Shown here: piece by piece, positions 38,645 to 48,763 of the stretch
Position numbering within the stretch: position 1 is the stretch's first letter
Layout of the letters: each line of letters begins with the position of its first letter
Assembly: GCA_036172245.1 (NCBI GenBank)
Contig: JAYWIR010000040.1
Span: 868,001-932,000 of the forward strand
Length of the DNA: 64,000 nt
Direction of reading: 5' to 3'
Origin: Raillietiella orientalis
Lineage: Eukaryota
The notes under the pieces: generated by a model
Databases searched by the model: none
Told to the model about the DNA's origin: nothing
The model's input: the letters and a program-made list of their open reading frames with translations, nothing else
Position numbers and translations under genes: made by a program

Positions 38645-39838
38645 ATGACCGGGGAAGCCGCCCCCCTGCGCGCCAGCACCGGCTGCCCCCCTCGCAGGAA
38701 GCTCAGCGTCGCCTTCCCGGCCGCCCGCAGGAACGCGCAGCCTACGCGGGAATCCGAGCTGAGCTTGGACTCTTCCCTGAGGAACGAGTACCACAACCAG
38801 TCCTCCAGGACCTTCCAGGACGAGGAAGCTCCTCCTCGCTGCAGGGGGGAGGAGGAGAAAGAGGAGGAGATGGCGGAAGAGTGCGCGGGGGACCTGGACC
38901 CCCGCGGGAGCCGGGGCGCGGTCTGCCCCCGGCAGCGGCGGCACCCCGCGTGCCCGTCGTCCCCTCGCGGGCCGCGGCGGGGTCTCTGCCCCAGGTGCGT
39001 GGAGAGCGAGCTGTGGCGGGAGGAGGGAGAGTACGCGTGCAACCGCCAGAGGCTGCAGCGGCTCGTCCGGACGGGAAAGCGGTTCGGAGCCCAGGCGGGC
39101 GACCTCTTCCGCCTGTCCCGCCTGATCTACCGGCTGCGTGCGCGCGGGATCCTCTCCCGGGAAGACGCCCTGTTCCCCGGGGTGCTGCGCCTGAGGGACG
39201 CCCTGCTGGAGAGTGCGGATCCGCGCCGCCCCGCTCCCGAAGAAGCATCCCGGCGGCGGCGCCCGGGAAACCCCGCCGTCTCTCCGGGAGACGCGAGTGT
39301 CCGCCAGGAGGAACACGCCGACTGCCTAATGCGGTACGCGGAGGAGCTGCACGCGCAGGGCGACCGCCTGGAGCTGCTCGTCGACCGTCCGCGGACGGAC
39401 GCCTCCGGCCGCTGCCGGGCTCTCGCGGCCTACTACGCCACGTGCTGCCGGCTGCTGGAGGTGTGCCGCCGGCTGTTCTGCCTCTGGGAGGAGGAGGAAG
39501 ACGAGGACGGGAGGTCGTCCAGAGGCGACCAAGAGGAGGAGGAGGAGGACGAGGAGGCGACGGGAGATCGAGACGAGTTCGCCTTCGCGAAGGCCGCCCT
39601 CGACCTGCAGGACCTCTCTGCCCTCTTCATGAGCCGGGCGGGAGCGGACGCCGAGTGCTGGCGCGCGGAGCGCCGCTGGATCAGGAGGAGGGCGCGGGAG
39701 CTGCGGAGGAGGTCCTCGGAGGCGACGAAGCTGCGGCAGGCCTACGACCTCGCGTCCGGCCCATGCAGGTGCCGGGACACGTACGACCCGCCCGAGCCCT
39801 TCGGTCTCCAAGGAGACGGCGGCTGGACGCGAGGGTGA
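38645..39838 (+). CDS. Uncharacterised 397-aa protein, single coding exon; C-terminal helical region resembling the AF4/FMR2 (AFF/Lilliputian) C-terminal homology domain
   Basis: ATG lies 22 nt after a strong acceptor (ccccctttccccttgcccgcag, ending 38622). Codons are strongly G/C-ending (GAG, CTG, TAC, TTC, GAC), and the composition is normal helical (L/E/R/A/Y/C) with acidic tracts, unlike the R/P/G/S-dominated shadow ORFs. The domain call is a by-eye motif match only. Confidence 0.7.
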   Translation: MTGEAAPLRASTGCPPRRKLSVAFPAARRNAQPTRESELSLDSSLRNEYHNQSSRTFQDEEAPPRCRGEEEKEEEMAEECAGDLDPRGSRGAVCPRQRRHPACPSSPRGPRRGLCPRCVESELWREEGEYACNRQRLQRLVRTGKRFGAQAGDLFRLSRLIYRLRARGILSREDALFPGVLRLRDALLESADPRRPAPEEASRRRRPGNPAVSPGDASVRQEEHADCLMRYAEELHAQGDRLELLVDRPRTDASGRCRALAAYYATCCRLLEVCRRLFCLWEEEEDEDGRSSRGDQEEEEEDEEATGDRDEFAFAKAALDLQDLSALFMSRAGADAECWRAERRWIRRRARELRRRSSEATKLRQAYDLASGPCRCRDTYDPPEPFGLQGDGGWTRG

Positions 39839-42800
39839 CGAAATGCACCTTCTTCTTCTCATCCCCTTTCTTCTTCCGCCTCGCTCGCCCCTTAACATCC
39901 GAGTCCAGGGGTGGCGCAGAGAGTTCGCGGGTCCGACTGGGAGAGGATTTTTTTGTGGTCCTCCTCGTTGGCCTCCCTCCGCGGTGCAGCTGCGAGCTGC
40001 CAGGCGGGCTGCGGTCTTCAAGGGGAGAGAGGGGTCGACGCGCCGACCTTCCGGCGCCTCTCCGTCGCCGCTCGAGCTCCCCCGCGAGGGGTAGGGGAGG
40101 CAGGCAAGGGACGCGGCCCGCGCGCTCTTCCGAGTGCTCCGCAGAGAAAGGACTCCTCGCGTGCCTCCAAGGAAGGGGGGCACCCCTGACGCACTCCGCG
40201 GGACAATCGGCACGACCCCCGAGAAGGGAGCACTTTTTCCCGTCGCTCGCTGCCCTTGCCCGGGATGCTCGAAGGGACTTATCTTCCGAAACGGACCCCC
40301 GAAGGCTGCCCAGTGCCAGAGCCACTGGGCTAAAGCCATCCCCTCAGGTACGATGGGGAGTGGGTAGGTGGTTCCGGAGCGGCCTGGGTCGCGTCCAGAG
40401 AGTCTGCTGCCCTTCGGGATGGACCCGCGCAGCAGCCCCCACCGCGCTGGGGGCCCGCGGAGAGGGAGTGGCCGTCCGCCAGCCACCGAACAGCCAGGTG
40501 GAGCCGAGAGAGTCCCAGAGATGGCGCGGCGCCAGGTGACCCGAACGAGCGTCCCGGACGCGACCCGGGTCACCCCTTAACACTCCTTCTCCCTCCTTTG
40601 AGCGCGCGTGAGGATTCGCCAGCTTTCGGGAAGCCCCTTCAACCCCGAAGGCATCTTGAGGGGAGATCTGACTCTCCCACTCCTTCCCCTGCCCCCCTCC
40701 CTCTGAATAGCCAAGGGCTTCCTCTTTCCCTGAAGACTCGTTGGCCCAGAGCTCTTTGGAGCAGGGCTGGTGGGGGGAAGGCGAGCCCCCGTGTAGGCAG
40801 GGTGGCGGCGCCTCCGCTTCCGGTTCTGAGGAGGAGGCATTCTGAGAGGAGGAGGGGAGGAGGGAATGCCAGATGCGCAAGGGGCAGGTCCTCGCCTATT
40901 CTCCGTCCTCTGGAAGGGCTGTCTACCTGACTCGGCAGTTGGCCCTGAGGTTCCCTACGCGGCGCCTCATCGGCAAGAAGACGCCGCCCTCCCTTCCCCA
41001 GCGCCCAGTGTGTAGCGGAGGCGGCGCCATGTGGCACCCGTCCCGCGGGGTCTTTCACTGGCGCGGGACTATGCTAGCCGCGAGCCGCCCCCTGGTGCTG
41101 CGAGCCCGCGGAGCGGCGCGCAAACCCTTTCCAGACTTACCCCGGTGCCCCGCTCATCGATCGGCGAGGGGGACGCGGTGGCTCCAAATCCTCCCCCTCC
41201 ACCAATCCCGAACACGCCCCGAGGAGAAGGCTGGGGGGGCACCCGACGAGCGTACGACGAGTCCCCTCCCTCCCTTTCCGAGAGGGTGGCACTCGGAGCC
41301 GCAGGGGGGCATCCCGAAGAGGGCCCACGGAAAAGCAAGGCGGAGGACGGGGGGGCGGGGGGGAATCAGCGACGGCGCAACAATCTCTGGGGGCGCGAGC
41401 ATTATTGCGCAGATGGCTGCAGGAAACGCGCTCTCCGATGATGGCCCATTGTTGCTCATTGTTGTGGGGTGAAGAAGGAAGGCGGGCACCCTCCTTCGTC
41501 GCTCAGCGTCCGGGGGAGGTGAGACCTCCCCGTCCCCCAAGCCGCCGCAGTCTCCGGCGGCATTTGCCTCTGAGAAGGATTCGGGGACCGCGAATTCCCA
41601 GAAAGAAGGAACGGAAGAAGGGGAGGGAGGGGGATAGAAGCGGAAAAGGGACGAATCGCCCCCTCACCTTTCTTCTCCCTCGGTTAGGAACCGGCTAGGA
41701 GGAGGGGAACGGGTCAGCGGGTCCCGTGGAGTTCGCCATCGGGGTGGCGGAGTTCGCCCCGGGACTTCCCTGAGGGGCGCGAGGAGGCGTTCCCGGAGAG
41801 CACCGCCGCACCCCTCGGCTACTTCTCTGGCGCCGCGGGTGCTTTCCTGTTGGTGCTCCGCGGCGGCGCCGTTCCGGTGCTCCCGCTGCCGCGGATCCGG
41901 CGGCGAGCGTTCGAATACCCGCTGACTCCTGATTGGTCGGTTCGAGCGTTTCCCAGCGAACGGGCCGCTCGATCGATCCAGCGCCGAAACTCGCGGAAGT
42001 TGACGTAAGCAATCAGACCCCGCATTCCGAATAGACGGGAAAGGAGGAGGAGGTGGTGGATGGAGGAGGGGGAGGGGGGAGGAGAAGGAGGGGGAGGGGG
42101 GAGGAGGAGAACGCGCGCGAACCGAAGGCGTCCTCCTGCGCTAGAAGATCGGCGGGAGTGAAAGTCGAGGAGAATCTCGCTCTCTCCCGCGACCGGGAAC
42201 CGGAGACAAGGGGGGGGGGAGGGAGTGGGGGGGGGGGAGAGAGAGACGCGGGAATCTTCCAAAGGGAAAGGCAGCCTTTGGTTTCTTGAGAGCCTCGGCG
42301 ACGGGCAGGCGGAGGCGACAAACACGAGCAACAACCAGAAGAAGAAGAAGAACGGCGCGTCAAAGCGTAAGCAAAGACAGAAGGTGGAGGGGATGCAGGG
42401 TCGGCGGGGGGTCGCTGACGGCCGCGGCCGCGTCCAACAAGTCGGTGCGTTCTTCGCGGCCGCAGCGCCGCGGGAGGTGGCGCAGCGAAGGAAGGTCGGG
42501 GAAGGGAGGAGGACAAAACGCGCAAGTGTGCGCATGCTGCTCGTCTTTCGTCCTCCTCCTCCTCCTCCCCCCCCCCGCCCCGACTCCCCCGCGTCCCTCC
42601 ACAAGGAGAGAGCGACCACTTCACACCTTCGGCAGGTGGTCAGGGACTGCGGGCGCTCGTCGGGATGAGCCGAGGACGAAGGAGAACGGCGGCCTCGCAG
42701 ACTGCGCCGTGAGCCTGCAAGGACCGGCGGTGGCACCATCGGCACCACCGCCGCGGCCGCCAGCGACCGGGGTGTGTCGGAGGCAGCCGTGGTGTCGTCG

Positions 42801-45800
42801 TCGTCGCCTCCGAGAAAGAGCTGCCGCGTTTTCATCGCGGAATCAGCTCGCGCCAATCCTCGCCGCATCATCAGCGCTCCCTCTGCTCCCACCTCCTTGA
42901 AAAGATTTCCGGAGCTGAAACCCATTTTTGAAATGAGGACACGTCTCCCCCCCCCCCCCACCCTCTCTCTCTGTCCCTCTCTCCCTGCTTTCCATTTTTG
43001 AGGAGAAAAAAATCCCCCTGCATCTTGCGCTCCCATTGGTTCTGCGCTGCGGCAGCCATTTTGAAACGCTCGCGCGTCTTAAAATGGCGGGAGAAATGAA
43101 ACGGCTCGGCCGGAAACGAAGGTCGCAAAGCGCGGTTGCGCAAGAAGGGGAGGAAGGGGGAGGCACAACAGGAACTCGTCTCCCACCTCCCTCGCTGCCC
43201 CACTCCCTCGAAACTCCGGGATGCGCTGTCGAGAAATGCACGGAACTCCGCACAGCCTCCTATTCTGCAGAATCGTGCCGGTTAGGGATCCGAGGAGCAT
43301 CTTGCGCTTGGGTAGCGAAAAGAGGGAAGCAATCTCTTCCCACCCGCAGGCTCGTCAGCGTCCCTCGCTTCTTCCCTCCCTCCCCCCTTCCCTCCTCCCT
43401 CCTTCGCTCCCTCGGGCAGGATTTCCTGCTATCCCTCAATACGTCGCTCGCGCCGTGGAAGTAGCGCGCCGCGGGTAGACTGCCGGCTGTTCCCTCTCGC
43501 GGATTCTCCGAGAATCTCGTTTTCCCCGTCGCCGACAGGCGTCGCTGAACAGAGACGGCGCGCGTTGCTTGTTTGCTCGGAAAGCGGGGGAGAAAACGCC
43601 AACACACGGAAGTGCGGTCGTCCACCGGGAGAGAGAGGAGTCAGGGATGCCCGGTCCGTCCCTCGCGGAGACTCGGAGGTTTCGGGGAAGCTCCCAGCCG
43701 GGCTGACTACGAAGAAGCGGGAGCGACTTTGCCGTGGCCTGGGCTAATCCCGTCTCGTCTTCGGGAGCTGCTGCTGCTGCTGCGCTTCGCGGGCTCCTTC
43801 CGCATGATCCTGACCTCGGGAAGCCAGGAACCTGCCTTTGGCTCATCGCGGAGGCTTCCGTCGGCGGAAAGAAGGCGAAGAAACAGGAAGACCCAGCCAG
43901 GAACCCAACGATTTCCGGTCCACGACTCCCGTCTCGAGAACCGCGCCCTCTTGCGGGTGGGTCCGAGGTTCCCTGCCTCGTCCAGGAGGTGCGCGTCTGC
44001 TCCTCGAGTGGCTCGGGTGGAAGGGATGCTGCTCCGCGCCTCGGCAACGGTCACGATGGACGGACAGGCCCGGAGAAGCTGCCCGTGCCTGATCGACTCG
44101 TCCTCGACTCCTGAGAAACCGGGCGACTGGTTCTCTGGAAAAAGGAAGATCGAGGGAGGGGAGAACGGATGACCTCCCGAGGGAGAGAGAGGAGAAGGGG
44201 GGAGGTGGTCCACGGGTTCTCTCGGAGAAGTGGGGCTTCTTGCTCGGGGGCTCCGAAGCACGACCGGCCTTTCCCTCGATCCCCGCGGAACGCAGCAACT
44301 CCTGCCGCCGCGTCGGGGTTTGCAGGCGTCCTGGCCGCGAAGCGTGCGTCTCCCCGTCGAATCCCTCTGCGGGAGGAGGATGAACCTGGAACAGATCCGC
44401 GAAGTCCCGGAAGGGAATCTGACGGCAAGAGCGTGGTCCTCACGGGTTGACCGGAAGCCAACCGGCCCGTCCCGCCTGCAAGCCCTGACGCCCTTGTCGT
44501 TCGGCGGAACGCCCGACGGCGCCATTCCCGGTTCGGCAGCGAGCTGGCGATACGGCGTCGGCCTCGAGCGACGGTCGACGAGAGCTGCTGACGGCACCAA
44601 AAGCAAAGGCGGTGACCGTTGCAGGGGGGAGGGCCTCCTGCGTTGTCCGATGCGCGTATCGGCTCGAGAGGAAGAGGATGGAGATGGGGAGGAGGAGGAA
44701 CATACGGATGCGGGAAGGTCGCCTTCAGCATCATCCACCCATGGGGTTGGCACGGGAAGCCCACAAGCAGGTCCACAGAAACGAAGGACCGAGCAGAGAT
44801 CCCCATTTCCTTTCGGCATGGGCAATCGGACGTGACGCATCCGCCCGTTGCATAGAGGGTCCACCCCGAACGACCAGCGGTCAGAATCGCCTCTCCCGAC
44901 GGCAACTCAAAGGAGAACGGCGACCCGATGCCGGCCGGCCGGCTTCGGGTCGCCAGCAGCTGCCCATCGGTGGGACCAAGGCCTCCTAACGGATGGGGAC
45001 GCGGGTGCGCCGCGGTCCTCGCGAACCCCCGTCCACCAGCGCGGTCTGCTTCTTGACGACCCTTCCGACGCGCCCCTCTTCGGCGACCGCAGGACCCTCT
45101 CCGGGTGGTGCGGCACGTGGAAACCGACCGGTGGGACACGGCGCTGTGCCTCCGTTTCCGCTGGTCCCATGGTCCGCCAGCGAGCCCCCGCGTTGGAGGA
45201 ACACCCCATCGAAGGGACCACCTCATGTGCGGCGCGTCCCACCTTCGGTCGTGGCTCACAGCGCCACCGCCTTCCTGGCGCAGAGACACGCGTGCGGGCG
45301 AGGCGGTTCCGGCGGACGCACCGACCTTCAGCGCCGCTTCGCGGACGCTGCTGGAAACGGACGCCGCCGCGGCCTCGCCGCTTTCGGATTCTCCTTTCTC
45401 GAACGCGCGCGCGGGTGCTGACCCTCGGTCAAGCACGGCCGCAGTCTGCGAGCAGAGCAGGGACGGCGGTTCGAAGTTCGCTCTCTGTCAGCATCCGCCG
45501 CCCCCTGCGCCGCCGCGGCGCCACCTCGGTCCGTCGCTCGCTGCCTCTGAACGCGGCCCGAGCACTGCAACCTGGGCTTGGACCCCCCCGTGCGGGCGCC
45601 GATCTCTTCCTTTCTTTCCCGGGAGAGCCGTCCCTCTTGCACCATCCTCCTGCGATCCGGGTGACTCTTGCCCGGGTTGCGGGAGCCGTCGCGGTGGTGG
45701 TCACACTTCGCGAGCAGGTCGCGAACGCCCTCCCTCCGGAACCGCCGCGGCATCGGAGCTGCACGCATGGAGCGCGTCGCTCCAGCCGGAGACGACGGTT

Positions 45801-46792
45801 ATTGCAGGGCAGGCAGAGAGCTGTTGTGAAAGCAGCTGCCGCAATCTCTCCAAAACAGCCACACGGAACGCGTTATCCTTTCACATTCTCCATCTCGAAA
45901 TGCAAAAATCGATGCCAACTCTCCCTCCCCCCTCCTCCCGTCTTGCACGCGGAGGGAGGGAGGGGGGTATGCGTGTGTGTGTTTTTGGCGATGGCAACCG
46001 GACAAACGCGGACAGGGACCTCAGAAGAGACACTTCCAGCCACTTTTACGAGTTTCTTTTTCTTCCTTTCCTTTTTTCTTTTAATTGCCGCGCTTCGTAC
46101 TTTTCCCCGGCCTGCGCGCGTTTTACGTCTTTATTTGTTTGCACGCACGCGGGGCGGCGCCCCGGACAATGCGCCGCCGCGTTCTCGCGGGCGCGGATTG
46201 AATTATATCGCGCAAATGGGGTATTGTAAAGTGACCACACGTCATTGGTTTCGATGATAGTAATGGTGGCCATAAAGCTCCCCGGCGACGGTGCCGATCT
46301 CCATAAATCAGCACGCGGTGCCGCGAAGGCCGCTCTCACGTTGACTGATAACGTGATTTATTGGTCCGATCCGGAGCGAGATGATGTGTGACCGCAACTC
46401 GGATCGGAAAAGCGACGGAACTCACCTTTTCGAATGGCTCCGGTCGCGGCGGGGATTTATTCCGGATTGCAGCTTTCCCCCCCCCCCCATCCCTCCCCAC
46501 CCCCCTTTCTCCCTTCCTTTCTTTCTTCCTCCCCATCTCCCGCGGATCCCGCATCTGGGGCAGGTCCAGGTCGCTGATTCGGCGCGAGAAGATCGAAGCC
46601 GCCGCGTGGAGATGCATTCCTGAAGCCATGGGATCGTCATCAGCACCAAAGGGCGGCGGATCCGTAATTAGACGTGACGTCATAACGATTTGTTTTTGTT
46701 TTGCTTATTCTAACAGGCAAACTCTCTCAGAGAGAGAGAGAGAGAGAGAGAGATGGGAGGAAGGGAGGGAAATTCAGAGTAAATTTGGTGCT

Positions 46793-46987
46793 TTTTTTTT
46801 TTTTTCTTCTTCTTCTTCTTCTTCTTCATTTCTTTTTTTTTCTTCCATTCTTCTGTGTGTTCGTCTAACGGTGGTGGCGGTTGTAATTCCTGGTGCACAC
46901 TTGTCGCTCTCTCTCGTGCACTACACGGCAGCACGTAAGTGTTCCTCGTCACTGCTTTTCGAAATGCGTTGCTTTTGTTTGAAAAAA

Positions 46988-47018
<31 letters not shown>

Positions 47019-47042
47019 TAAAAAAAAAAAAAAATTTTTTTT
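46793..47042. repeat. Low-complexity poly(T)/(TTC)n and poly(A) tracts
   Basis: T-run and (TTC)n at ~46793-46840; A-runs at 46982-47033. Confidence 0.8.
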
Positions 47043-48661
47043 CTTCTACTTCCCTGTTACCGTCCCGTGTTACTTCTTGCCTCAGAAATAATGCCTCTGA
47101 GGTGCCTCCATTGAATGACTTCATCCGTTTTCTGCACGGATGACTGATGAGGGAGGATGCCCGTGCATCGTTCGTTTTCGAAAGATTAATGAGTGGCGGA
47201 GTGGAAAAATGTTCCACACATCGGACCAGAACCAAAATTCACCCGTGCCCACAAAATAGGAGGAGGTGGGTTCGTGAGATCCAGTTCACCGATTCATCAT
47301 CTGCCATTTGGGATAGTTCGGCCACTTGATGGATGCAAATTGATGAGCAGATGTAAATGCCGTTCGAAGAGGCTGCAAATCACGTGTTCCCGTACTTGGA
47401 CCTGTGGGGCGTCAGAGGTATTAGAAAACGTTTCACTTCCAGCATCGAAAGAAGCTGGTTTCGGTCTCTCTTTCCCCTCCCCTTCAAACTTCCAGGTCAC
47501 AATCCTGACAGCCGCACCGAGTGCACGACGCCCCCGTTCGGTTACATAAAAACAGCTTCCGTTGGCATAAAACGCTCATCATAAAACATGGAATGCGTGG
47601 GCGCGAGTCCCCGATCCCATCTTGAAAACAGCGGAAGAGCCACTTGATGGGAGCCTGGAGACAGTGGCAAGCAGAGATGCCGAGACAGGGGAAAGCAGGA
47701 CGTTTCCTTCGCAGTGTCGTTACGTGTTCTTGGAATAGAGTGGTGGAACACGGTCGTGTTCACCCGTGCGCGAACTCCGACCGGCGGCGCTTCCAGACCG
47801 CTCCAAGAGATCATCGGCGACGATACGAGGGGATTCTTCTCGTATCGCTGACAGCAGCCACGCACACAATGAGGGACTGCAGAGGTTGTGGACAATTGGT
47901 CGCGGGAGTTCCTCCGAGACCGAAGAACTAACCAATGAGCAGCAGACCCACGAGGCATCCAGAAAGCAATGCTTCCTTTCTTCTCGATTTCGCTCTCAAC
48001 ACCATTTGCTGGCTCTGAAGTCATTCTACTCCTCGGACACTGAAGATCATCCAGCTGCTTCTCTGAGATGACGGAAACCCTCCTCCCGTTCTTCTGTTTT
48101 CGCTGCTTTCCTTCCGGCTTCTTCTTTTCTTTTCTTTTGCTTTTTTCGTTTTTTTTTTTTTTTTTTGGTTTAGTAAGTGCTGAAGAACCGCTCGCCTCCT
48201 CAGGGGGGATCTCACGAAGCTTCCTGGACACTGTCCACGCCACCCGAGGATGCGCGTCACTCGTCAAGTTACGGAGGGACCACCCTAAGAATCCAGGAGG
48301 GCCCCGGAGTGTTGTTCCTCGCAACTCTTGCAAGGGAACCTCTTGTTTCCTCCGGAGGGACACCCGGAAAAGGATCCTCTCCCTATTTCCTCCTCCGAAG
48401 AGAACCCAAAAGGGACCCTTACCGATTTCCCCGAAGGGAGCAGCTCTTGCGCTCTGGAGAGGCAACCCTCGAAAGGGGGTATCAACCAGCTCCATTTTCA
48501 CAACCGGAGGGAAACCCCGAGGGGAGACGCTTCCTCGGGGTTCCTCGAAAGACCGCACAGGAACCAACTTCCGATCCCGGCCAGCCAACGGGGACATCCT
48601 GCTTCCCACCAGTGCCGCAACCGAAGCCCGTAGGTCAACCAGCATCGTCCACCTGCGGAAA

Positions 48662-48763
48662 TGGGACTCGAAACCCACGACATTCTGCGCGTTGACCCTC
48701 CACGCGGGGATTCGAACCCGCGACGCTTGGCGCCGCGCGCGCGGAAACCACAGCCGCACGGTC
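48662..48763 (-). other. tRNA-derived SINE head or pseudo-tRNA fragment with Pol III B-box
   Basis: The minus strand has a perfect B-box/T-arm GGGTTCGAATCCC (48719-48707), preceded by a degenerate A-box-like GACCGTGCGGCTGTGGTT. A second T-arm-like copy, GTCGTGGGTTTCGAGTCCCA, follows at 48681-48662. No full cloverleaf could be folded. Confidence 0.35.

Noticed and set aside
38566..40539. 657-aa ORF, the longest in the track
   Set aside because: Shifted-frame shadow of the 38645-39838 ORF caused by high GC3; low-complexity R/P/G/A translation with a non-ATG start.
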